From positions 11,036,001 to 11,100,000 of the forward strand of contig JBHGNT010000007.1 in NCBI GenBank assembly GCA_043228905.1: DNA of 64,000 bases, given 5' to 3'. Origin of the DNA: Azolla caroliniana (Eukaryota > Plantae > Polypodiophyta). The position numbers and the translations under genes are program-made. The stretch's first letter is position 1. Each line of letters starts with the position of its first letter. The notes under the pieces are model-generated. The model was not told the DNA's origin, searched no databases, and worked only from the letters and a program-made list of their open reading frames with translations. Below, piece by piece: positions 13,394 through 24,031 of this stretch.

Positions 13394-13799
13394 CTTCCAA
13401 GTTCCTACAAACAACACGAAATACTACGGTACGCGTATGGCTCATGTCTATTTTGCATCAAATCATAAAGAGGGTTGGTGGGGGGATCGCGGGCACAAAC
13501 GGTGCAGGTTGCTCAGAGGAAGTCGTGTGCGATCTGCACCATCAGATTTCGATAAGAAAGAACGCGCCAAAAAAAAAGTTGTGAGAGGTCGCCCAACTCT
13601 TACCATTGCAAGTCACCCAACCATTGTAGGTTGCCCAACCGTTGCAGGTCACCCAACCAAATGTATCATTTCGACCAAAATCTTCAACTAAGCTTGATCA
13701 TTACTCTTAAAACTTACAATAACATATCAAACAGTCACAAAATCCAACCTTAAATTATTCAAAATCGACAATCTTCACCATACTTAAAATAAAAACAAA

Positions 13800-14340
13800 T
13801 GATTATTTTAAAACATAAAAGTTAAAACTTAAAACAGAGATCAACTTATAACATACTTGAAACATGAATCAAAATATGACATACTTGAAACATAAATCTA
13901 CATCCAACATATTTGAAACATAAAACATATGACATACTTCAAAAATAAATCAACATATGACATCCTTTGAACGTAAATCCACTTTTAAAAAAATGATCAT
14001 TTTAAAACATAAAAGTTAAAACTTAAAACAAAGATCAACTTATAACATACTTGAAACATGAATCAAAATATGACATACTTGAAACATAAATCTACATCCA
14101 ACATATTTGAAACATAAAACATATAACATACTTCAAAAATAAATCAACATATGACATCCTTTGAACGTAAATCCACTTTAAAAATCGTAAACCCAAATCA
14201 AAATATGACATACTTGAAACATGAAACTTAAACATAAATCAACATATGACATACGTGAAACATAAAACTTAAAACATAAATCAACATATGACATACGTGA
14301 AACATAAAACTTAAAACATAAATCAACATATGACATACTC
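13800..14340. repeat. AT-rich tandem repeat array (duplication of about 195 bp plus about 39-bp ATATGACATAC.TGAAACATAA units)
   Basis: Directly visible; probably a subterminal region of the adjacent Mutator-like remnant. Confidence 0.8.
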
Positions 14341-14399
14341 CTAAATGCACTCATAAATTAACATAAATCCACTTTAAACATTGTAAAACCAAATGCACT

Positions 14400-15134
14400 G
14401 GTCCGCAAAACCACTCGAGCTATGTTTATGGCACATCAGGAGATGATGGCAAGATGCGGCCACAATTCTTGCAACAATCAACATTTGAGTCCCTTGACAA
14501 GCATCGCAATGCAAGCATCGAATCTTCTCTGTCGCACATATTGGCAAACCGCCTCCTAGCTCGACTTGCACCTCTTTGCATTTTTCCGGTGTATGCCTTG
14601 GAAGTGTTTGGGGAGTTGCCAATAAGATATTGTGAAATGTTGACTGATGCTCCCCTTTTTGCACCAATTGTTTGCTTACGCCTTATGGATCCATAGTCTT
14701 CTTCATTGGTTGGTTTTAGTGCACTTGCATGATACACCACCGTCTAACTCATTTCTTCAATGGACTCCATACATGCCAAAATTGTTGCACAGTCGAGGGA
14801 TCGTAACCCTTGCCTAAGACATTGAATAGCTCCCTTAGCCGTTTGTAATTTCAACTCCCATTCCTCTATTTGTGATGTTATAGGGTTTGTCTCCTCAACC
14901 GGTTCTACCTCTATCTCCACTTCCGTCTCTTTGAAATGGTCATTGCACATATGGGTTGCATGATCTATAAAAGGCAACGACCACCCACATAGATGTGGCA
15001 TGTGCCTCTCAATAATCATCTTGATGCTGAGTATATGCTTACATTTACTCGTTGGGTCTTGGTAATCACAATATGAGCATTAGAGCGATACATTATACCA
15101 TACATTCGGTTTTGTCAAGCTCAATATTTTAAAC
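14400..15134 (-). pseudogene. Mutator-like (MULE) transposase C-terminal remnant with SWIM zinc finger
   Basis: Minus-strand translation VWYNVSL*CSYCDYQDPTSKCKHILSIK (SWIM-like, with the CKH end) continuing into ORFs 14744-15019 and 14426-14740. Confidence 0.6.
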
Positions 15135-15185
15135 CATAGTATGTAAAAATCGTGTTCGTCTGCTATATCATTCGTTTTCCTACGT

Positions 15186-15939
15186 TGTCGTGCCTTTCGG
15201 CTCCGGATCGTTGCGTGAGTCGGGTGGGAACCACTGAGGTTTTGGACTAGGAGAAAAGAAAATTCTAAGGCAATGAAGAATATGAAATATGTTGTAAGAA
15301 AGAAACATATGAAAAACTCTTGAATCCCACGAGTATAGTGTGTATTAGTGAGTACTCAAATTAAGAGAGAAAAATAGTTAGCAAATTCGTGAATCCCACA
15401 ATAATATTATATTAATCCACCCTTATAAAATAAGCAACAACCACTACGTATCTTTCTCTCTCCCTTATATAGTGTTGGAAGAGTCTAAGTTTCTCACATG
15501 CAAGCATCATACTTTTCCTAACTTTAGTTTTCATGCACGCTGCATTTGCATGATTAGCTTTCCTAACTTTAGTTTTCATGCACGCTGCATTTGCATGATT
15601 AGCTTTCCTAACTTTAGTTTTCATGCACACTGCATGTGCATGATTAGCTTTCTATCCCATCTTTTTCTTTTTTTAACTCGAGTGTGTATGCATAAATAAC
15701 TTGTTGTACCATGCATATCTAGGATATTTACATGGGATAAAGTTTACTATAGCTTTAAAATTTATAATATGCTAGTATAGTGGTAAGGTTGGGGTTTGTC
15801 TACGTGGAGGTACAGGGTTCGAACCTTGCCCTATGCACATAATAAATATTTTTAGTATTTAATTTAATTTATTATACGTACTTTAAATCGGATATAGTAT
15901 TTTACATATTTCACGTAGTGTGTGATTCACACTACGACA
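15186..15939 (-). mobile_element. Solo LTR with 45-bp tandem repeats and a tRNA-like cassette
   Basis: TGTCGT...ACGACA termini; 4-bp TSD ACGT whose removal restores the MITE sequence; CTATATAAG on the minus strand at about 15464-15472; three 45-bp repeats at 15513-15650. Confidence 0.75.
15773..15825 (+). promoter_or_regulatory. tRNA-like Pol III A-box/B-box cassette
   Basis: A-box TAGTATAGTGG (15773), B-box GGTTCGAACC (15816), 43-bp spacing, T5 run at about 15849. Confidence 0.55.
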
Positions 15940-16753
15940 ACGTTGGAAAACGAACACGAATAATATTCAAATATTCGTGTTTTTTTTTCCTTTTCTCCCC
16001 CTTTCCCCCCCTTTTCCTTTGCACATCAACGCTACACTCTCCTCTCCTCCCCTTTTCCCCTATTTTCTTGAACGATCTGCTGGTTGCATCGCGCACACTA
16101 GTCACTAGTGAGTCAGTGACTACACATCTTCTCCCGACATACCAACGAGATTTAGGTATGTTTAGGGTTAATAATAGGGTTTTAAGTTGTTTAAACTTTA
16201 GGTCATGGTATGTAGTATGTAGTATGTGCTATGTAGTACAGAAATTTTTGTAATTTTTCACTAATTTCTATAATGTTTTTATAATTTTTGTAATTGTTTT
16301 GTATTTTTTGTAATTTCATTGTAAATTTTGTAATGTTTTTGTAATTTTTGTAATTTTGGTAATTTCTTTGTAATTTCTATCATTTCTGTAATTTCTTTAT
16401 AATTTTTGTAAATTCTACGCCATTTCTTTGTAATTTTTGTAATTTTTCTTTTATTTGCTCTATAATTTCTGTAATTTTTCTATAAAGCTCATAATTGCTA
16501 TCATTTTGAAGTAATTCGTGTAATTTCTATCATTTTTCTATATTGTTATTAAAAAGGTAATGTGTTTTTTTTTTCAATTTTAAATTTCTTTTAGCTTGAA
16601 TAAATATTTACCTTATAGTAAATAATTTATCCAAAAGTATGGTATTTATCATGCTTCGAGGGTGTTTACCATTCTTGAATGATTGAATATGTAAAGAATC
16701 GATGGTGATTCTTGTACAACGGAATAGGTTAGAGATGTGCGTTATGTGTGTGC

Positions 16754-16797
<44 letters not shown>

Positions 16798-17655
16798 ACA
16801 AAAGATAGATTTTTGAGAGACAATAGAATACTCAAGAGGATGTATGTTACAAAGGAGACTAATCGACCTAATTACAAAGTAGGAGGAGAGTGCTTAATAT
16901 AGACACTCTCTCTCTTCATTAACTACCGAAACTCATGGGTCACGGGGAATGTGAAAACTCATTAGTTATGTGTCACAGAATATGAGTCTATGACACATAG
17001 TTAATGTGTAGAAGATAAGAGTGGTGACTTTTGACCTTTGAGTGCACACTCTCAAGGGTGTGTTCACACACTAGACTTTTGTTAGCTTGATTCTCAACAC
17101 ACCCCCTCAAGTTCAACTTTGGTCGGCTACTTCGGTTGATGTTCGCTTCGGGTCGTATTCGGTTCGGACGGTATCCGGTACATCCAGCTCGTATCCGGTT
17201 TTCGCTTGTACTCCCCCTCAAGCTTGGCAAGTCAAGGACCGTCAATCCAAGGTCTGACAAGAATTGCCAAAGTTTGTCGGCTCCTAGGGCTTTGGTGAAT
17301 ATGTCGGTTGTCTGAAGATTCGTAGTGATATGTTGAAGGTCGACATCACCAACCTGAACACGCTCTCGAATGAAGTGATAGCGCACTTCGATATGCTTTG
17401 TGCATGCGTGGAACACTAGGTTCCGAGCCAGATAAATACTGCTCATGTTGTCGCAGTAAAGGAGAATCAAATCTTTGATGGGAACACCCAAATCCTTTAA
17501 TATCCTCTTGAGCCATACGGCTTACATGCAGCCACCATCGTGCCCCTGTATTTGTCAGGAACAGTACTAAGACAGAGAAGGAATTAGTACTAAAAGAAGT
17601 ATTAGTACTAAGAGAGGTGAAGAACTCTCGAGAGAAGGAAAGAGTGAGTGAGAGG

Positions 17656-17753
<98 letters not shown>

Positions 17754-17881
17754 TGATAAGAAAAGATATATATTATGTGAAGAAACTGTACAGTAGCTAG
17801 GAGGCTTAAGATTGGCGTTGAACCGATTTGGTTTGAAATAATGCCTTGTGCCTCCTTTTATAGTGTTCTAAGGAATACTCC

Positions 17882-17901
17882 TGAAGTTTCTAGAATGTTC
17901 C
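17882..17901. promoter_or_regulatory. Heat-shock element (four perfect alternating nGAAn units) in chromovirus LTR U3
   Basis: tGAAg-tTTCt-aGAAt-gTTCc; also at 23107-23126 and 34209-34228, and with one unit mutated at 38329-38348; about 20 bp upstream of the LTR TATAAAA. Confidence 0.7.
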
Positions 17902-17976
17902 AGAGAAATCTGGAATATATATCAATTTTCTATAATAAAATATAAATGAAAATAATATTTTATGTATTACAATGTA

Positions 17977-18030
17977 TAGTCTAATGGTCAAGAGCTCGAC
18001 CCATGTAGTATAAGGTCATGGGTTCGAGTC
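17977..18030 (+). promoter_or_regulatory. tRNA-like Pol III A-box/B-box cassette in chromovirus LTR (antisense to the element)
   Basis: A-box TAGTCTAATGG (17977), B-box GGTTCGAGTC (18021), 44-bp spacing; also at 28938-28991 (+) and about 34080-34133 (-). Confidence 0.6.
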
Positions 18031-18038
18031 TTACCATA

Positions 18039-21000
18039 TCATGACACTATCCCCCCTTTAAAACGACGAGTGTAACGAGTCGTTTTGGATTGAGGACCCG
18101 GTTTGTCTGGATATTGACGATGGAAGTCTTCAAGAAGAGCACGAGCATTGGTGACATTCTCTATCGGTTCCCAAGTACGCTCGCTGGGACTATATCCTAG
18201 CCAGTCGACTAGATAGTAGAGCTTGTTGCGAACAAGCTTGGAATCAAGGATGGCGGCAACCTTGTACTCAGGTCCATCTTCAAGCTCAATCGGAGGTGGA
18301 GGCTGTGTAATACGTTCTGGGATGGTGCTTTCTTGATAGGGTTCGAGGAGAGAACTATGAAACACCGGATGTATCCGAAGTTGTGGAGGTAGATCAAGTC
18401 GAAAAGCGACATCATTAATCTTTCCGATAATACGGAAAGGACCTAATCGCCGATAATCCAACTTCTCGCATGGGCGAGTAGTCTTGATGTGTCGTCGGAG
18501 TAGCCATACCCGATCTCCAATGTTAAAACTAGATGGGAGTCGATGACGATCCGCATAAACCTTGTGTGTTTGTTGAGCTTGTTGGAGATGAGTAGATAAA
18601 TCCGCTTGTATCTTGCGTAACCTCTCCAAATGATCCTCTGCGCAAGGATTTGTGGACACCTCTGGGGTTTCAAGTACACACCACCGGGGGTGACATCCCA
18701 TATAAGCATAAAATGGCGTAACTTTCGTGGATGCGTGGATAGAGTTGTTATAGGCAAATTCGGCGAAGTGGAGAATATCTGCCCAGTCATCCTGATGATA
18801 ACTGAGAAAGCACCGCAGATACTGCTCCAGCATTTAATAGGTTCGTTCGGCTTGGCCGTCGGTTTGTGGGTGGTAGCCGGAGGAGAGGTTACAAGTGACC
18901 TTGAGCATGTTAAAAAGGTGCTTCCAGAATTTTGACACGAACTGGGGTCCACGGTCGTTGATGATACTATCGGGATGTCCATGATGTCGACATACTTCAC
19001 GCATGACAATTTCGGCAGTGTCTTCACTGGAGATCTCCTTAGTACATGGCAAGAAATGAGCCATCTTCGTATATCGATCGACCACCGTTAGAATCGCATT
19101 GAACCCCTTAGAGATTGGAAGATCTGTGATGAAGTCTAGAGCAATGGATTGCCACGGCTTGCTTGGAATTGGTAATGGTTCTAATAAACCATATGGATGA
19201 TGCCTTGGCATTTTCGCTCTGCAGCATGTATCACAAGTCCGAACAAAATCCTCGACAAATTGTCGCATACAGGGCCACCAGAATGATCGTTGTACTAAAT
19301 GTAGTGTTTTAGTACTACCAAAATGCCCAGTTGTATATGTGTCATGACAGTTTTGTACTACTTGAAGGCGGCAAGAACCATTAGGAACATACAAAAGTTC
19401 TTTAAAGAAGAGTAATCCACCATGGTATTTGAATTGCTGATAGTCCGTACCTGGTGGTTGCGACTGTGAACACGACGCTCGAGAGGGATCAATTTGTGCT
19501 AGTATAGCTTGGGCGAATGCATCTGTCTTCAAGTCTTCGTGTATGGTATCGATAATGCGGGAATCCATGGGCATGTCAAAGATCTTTGTTGCTTGTAGTC
19601 GTGCCAGTCCCAAGATGACTTGTTTTTGGTTATCGAAAGCTGGCTCGCCGGGACGGGGTGCTAGATACGAACGCCGTGATAATGCATATGCCTTCCCTTG
19701 GTGCTTCCCCGGACGATATGTAATTTTGAAGTCGAAACGCGTGAGGAAGTGGGCCCACCGAGCTTGACGTCGATTCAACACACGAGCATCCTGAAAGTAG
19801 GCAAGGTTCTTGTGGTCACTAAATACGGTGACCGGATGAGAAGATCCCTCCAGAAAATGCCTCCATTGCATAAAAGAATCCACTATTGCCAATAGCTCCT
19901 TATCATGAATTTCGTAGTTGATTTCGGCGGTGTCAAACTTGCGTGAGTGAAAAGACACAAGATGTAGCTTCTCATCATTCCCCTATTGTGACAGAATGCT
20001 CCCCAATGCAAAATCCGATGCGTCAGCTTCGATAATAAATGGTTTTTCCGGATCGACATGAGCTAGAATTGGAGCCGATGTAAATGCCTTTTTAAGACTC
20101 TCGAAAGCCACGTCCGTTTCTTCAGACCAAATGGACGGTTGTCCCTTCCTGGTAAGTTGTGTGAGAGGTAGAACGATCTTTGAGTAATCTTGTATGAACT
20201 TCCGGTAAAAATTGGCAAAGCCTAGGAAGCATTGCACATCCCGCATCGAACGTGGAGTCTACCATTCTACCACCGTTTTGACCTTAGCTGGGTCCATGGA
20301 GATGCCTTCTGACGAAATGATGTAGCCGAGAAATTCCACTTGGTTGCACCCGAAACTACATTTTTCCAGCTTTGCATATAGACCATGTTCTCGAAGTCGT
20401 TTTAGTACTAATAGTACATGAGAATCATATTCTTCTTGGGTCTTTGAATAAACCAGTAGATCATCCAAATAGATGATCAAACAATCATCCAATAGATCTC
20501 GGAATATATCATTAGCCATGTGCTGGAAGACTGCCAATGCATTAGTGAGGCCGAACGACATGACCGTATACTCGAAGTGCCCATATTTGGTGCGGAACGC
20601 GGTCTTCCATTCATCTCCTGGTTGGATCCGTACGAGGTTATATGCTCCCCGTAAGTCGATCTTCGTGAAGAACCTGGCACCATTGATCCGTTCTAAAAGA
20701 CTTGAGATAAGGGGAAGAGCATACCTATTCCTGATTGTAACCTTATTCAGGCCACGGTAATCTACAACAAGACGGAGCGATCCATCCTTTTTCTTAACGA
20801 AGAAAATGGGCGCGCCGGCTGGAGATTTCAAATGCCGGATGAAACCATTTTCCAAATTCTCCTCTATATAGGCCCGAAGGACTTCTAGCTCGGTTGGTGA
20901 CAAATTGTAGATCGGTCCCCATGGCGGCTCTTTTCCCGGTTGTAAATCGATGGGGTAATCGTACGGTCGATGATGAGGAAGTGTGTTGGCTTGTACTTTA

Positions 21001-21635
21001 TCGAACACATCGACGTAATGATGATACTTCTCGGGAAGTTGAATGGTGGATCCTTCTTTAGTGGTGCTGGAGGGGTTTACTGATATTGCAAAGAGGAACA
21101 TTTCCTCCTTGTGCCCTTCTTTACGCAACTGACGTAGCGAAATGGTTGCCATCTTCTGAGTTAACCCTTGGGTTTGTCGGCACCGGATTTCTCTTGTTCT
21201 CCAATCTATGTCTGGGTTATGTAACTCGAACCACGGTAATCCTAAAACTATGGGATGTTTTGGGATACTAATAATATTAAATGATACTACACATGCTAAG
21301 TTATCTAGGACAATATTAATGGGCTCTGACTCTTCTATGATATTTCTGGAAGCAATGGGACGTCCATCAATGTCTACTACAGAGGTTGGACACTGGAGTT
21401 TTCTTAGGGATATCTTATGAGCTTGAGCAAATTTCTTATCCATAAAGCAAGAGTTAGCTCCGGAATCTAGGAGTGCTAGGACATGTACTGGAGGGGTACT
21501 TTTAGTACTAACTATTACTTGGGCTACAAACACATCACTAACTTGCTTAGAGAGAATGGAACCACTAATGGGCTGCACAGATCTAGGTCTGTCCAACCAA
21601 ACGGCTCCTATTTTGGCTGGACTTAGTCGTTTAAC
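18039..21635 (-). pseudogene. Chromovirus pol (protease, RT, RNase H, integrase, chromodomain), three in-frame stops
   Basis: LLDSGA, IYLDDLL, YEIHDKELLAI, HHCC and core integrase, LGPF and chromodomain (EYKVAAILD...YYLVDWLGYSPSERTWEP); ORFs 20259-21596, 19983-20246, 18834-19958 and 18039-18833 share one frame. Confidence 0.92.
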
Positions 21636-22774
21636 TCTTCTTCTAACTCACTAAGGACATCAAATCTGTTTGCTAGATCTGGGCTATTAGTACTATTAGG
21701 ACTATCAGATATCCCTACTGAAATAGGCTCGGGTTTAGTACAATTAGAACTAGCGACTATTTGGTTTACCTGTCTTCTTGGCCTATGGGGGCAATTTATT
21801 GCAATATGTCCTGGTCCATTGCAGTAAAGACATAGTCGATTTGTACGACATCGCTGCTTTTCTTCTTCGGATAATGGCCCTCGACGACGTGTAGTGTCAA
21901 TCTCCATCGGAGTCGGAGTATTCGTTGGAGGCGCATTATATGACTCCCTCTGAAAAGGTCTTGCTACCACTGAGGTGTAGGTGGGCTCTGATCTTGCCCT
22001 CGGCATTTGTAGTTGTCGTTCCGAACGTCGCTCAAAGAGGCGATTGTCACATCTCACCGCGCGACTGATTGCTTCTGTTAAGGACTTTGGCTCTTCGGGG
22101 AAGGTCAAGAGTAAATCCTTGACGTAATTGCGTAAACCATAACGGAATTGCTCCATCAATGCTTGATCATCCCAAGGGATATCGGCGGCGAGTAGGCGAA
22201 AATCTGCAGCATATGCGGAGGTTGGACGGTCACCTTGGCGTAATCGCCGAATTTTGTTGATTGCGGTCCTGATGCTGTCAGTATCTCCGAAACATGCTTT
22301 AAACTCACCTAGAAACTCTTCAAAATTGTTGAGTAACGGGGATTCCTTTTCTAATAGTGGAGCGAACCATGCCAACGCTGAGCCACTTAACAAAGTGCAT
22401 ACTAAACCCACTCGTGATGCATCGGTGGGATACCGGGAAGGATGCATTTGAATAACTAATCGTACCTGGTTAAGGAACCCTCTAAACTGCGATCGTGTTC
22501 CATCAAACTTCGTGGGAAGGCCAATCTTGGGTTCTTTATGAATCCCTTGTGTTTCGGGCCCTTGTTGTTGCATCGCTACGATGGTTGCTTCGAGTTGTTG
22601 CATGCGTAACGCAAGTTCCCCATGTTGTTGTTGCGTTTGCTGCTTTTCTAAGGAGATTTGCTGAAGATCCCCCAACAACCGTTGATTTTCTTGTTCCAAA
22701 GCATGGAACTTCTCTTTCAAGCATTGAAATTCCGAGAAAACAGATTGATATTCTTCAGCGCTAACAGTGGCCAT
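21623..22774 (-). CDS. Chromovirus Gag (coiled coil, capsid, CCHC knuckle), intact, 383 aa
   Basis: KFDGTRSQFRGF, LRQG, PTPMEID and CLYCNGPGHIAINC motifs. Confidence 0.9.
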   Translation of the reverse strand: MATVSAEEYQSVFSEFQCLKEKFHALEQENQRLLGDLQQISLEKQQTQQQHGELALRMQQLEATIVAMQQQGPETQGIHKEPKIGLPTKFDGTRSQFRGFLNQVRLVIQMHPSRYPTDASRVGLVCTLLSGSALAWFAPLLEKESPLLNNFEEFLGEFKACFGDTDSIRTAINKIRRLRQGDRPTSAYAADFRLLAADIPWDDQALMEQFRYGLRNYVKDLLLTFPEEPKSLTEAISRAVRCDNRLFERRSERQLQMPRARSEPTYTSVVARPFQRESYNAPPTNTPTPMEIDTTRRRGPLSEEEKQRCRTNRLCLYCNGPGHIAINCPHRPRRQVNQIVASSNCTKPEPISVGISDSPNSTNSPDLANRFDVLSELEEELND

Positions 22775-22935
22775 GGGATGAAAGAAAAGAGGAATAAGAG
22801 ATTAGTAGGAAATGAGAGAGACAGAAGGTAGGAAAATCGGTTCAAACTGTCAGGAACAGTACTAAGACAGAGAAGGAATTAGTACTAAAAGAAGTATTAG
22901 TACTAAGAGAGGTGAAGAACTCTCGAGAGAAGGAA

Positions 22936-22978
<43 letters not shown>

Positions 22979-23270
22979 TGATAAGAAAAGATATATATTA
23001 TGTGAAGAAACTGTACAGTAGCTCGGAGGCTTAAGACTGGCGTTGAACCGATTTGGTTCGAAATAATGCCTTGTGCCTCCTTTTATAGTGTTCTAAGGAA
23101 TACTCCTGAAGTTTCTAGAATGTTCCAGAGAAATCTGGAATATACATCAATTTTCTATAATAAAACATAAATGAAAATAATATTCTATGTATTACAATGT
23201 ATAGTCTGTTGGGATTTACGGTCCCTCCGGATGGGATGTCCGGAGATGGATGACGGCAAGCCCGGTTGCG

Positions 23271-23524
23271 GTTACGGAACCGGAGGATGAAGAGTACCCG
23301 GCTACGGAACCGGATGACGAAGACCCGGCTATGGAGCCGGATGATGAAGATCCCGGCTACGGAGCCGGATGATGAAGATCCCGGCTACGGAGCCGGATGA
23401 TGAAGATCCCGGCTACGGAGCCGGATGATGAAGATCCCGGCTACGGAGCCGGATGATGAAGATCCCGGTTACGGAGCCGGATGATGAAGACCCCGGTTAC
23501 GGAGCCGGATGACGAATGTACCCG
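23271..23524 (+). repeat. 27-30 bp tandem array in Copia A U3 (9 units; 10 units at about 28180-28460)
   Basis: Consensus GCTACGGAGCCGGATGATGAAGATCCCG. Confidence 0.92.
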
Positions 23525-24031
23525 GAGAGAGAGATCCGGATGCGGGGACATATTTGTGAATATGTTTGCCAAGGGCCCTTGAGGCTATATTTGTAAATAG
23601 CCCGAAAGTCATATGTGTATAAATATGACTTAGGGCAAACTGTTTATTGTGCTGTAAGTTGTTGCTCATTTTCTGTTCTCACTTAGAGAGAGTGAAGAGA
23701 GCCTCCGAGAGAGAGAGAGAGAGAAAGACGAAGAGGTCGTTGCCTCTGTGTAATACCGCCGCCTGTGGCGAGGACAGCGAGCTCAAGGTCGTTGCCTTGC
23801 AGCTCGCCATTGTATATTTCTTTGTGCATAGTTTTGGTTTGGAGTCTTGCACTCCCGTGGTTTTTTCCCGTATAGGGTTTTCCACGTTAATCCCTGTGTC
23901 ATCGTGTCTCTCTCAGTGTTTCCTATTTTCTGCTGCATTGATTCGCGACTACTCGGTTGTGGCCGAGTGGTGAAGGTTAATCGGAGCATCGATTCGCAAC
24001 AAGTGGTATCAGAGCGACGGTAACACAGAAA

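Larger units (their letters stand above)
15135..16689 (-). mobile_element. hAT-type MITE, copy 2 (inverted relative to copy 1; interrupted by a solo LTR and cut by Copia C)
   Basis: Begins CATAGTATGTAAAAATCGTGTTCG, the reverse complement of the copy 1 end; 15940-16200 and 16541-16688 are reverse complements of 13120-13345 and 12770-12917; internal (TGTAATTTT)n expansion at 16245-16540. Confidence 0.8.

Noticed and set aside
12770-16689. Single foldback/MULE element with long TIRs
   Set aside because: The left arm has its own TIRs and 8-bp TSD (CTTCCAAG), so the arms are two inverted copies of a hAT MITE
17970-18046. Functional tRNA gene
   Set aside because: No convincing acceptor or anticodon stem, and it is part of an LTR; kept only as a tRNA-like cassette (same for 15766-15835)
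23271-23524. CRISPR-like array
   Set aside because: Head-to-tail repeats without unique spacers inside a eukaryotic LTR
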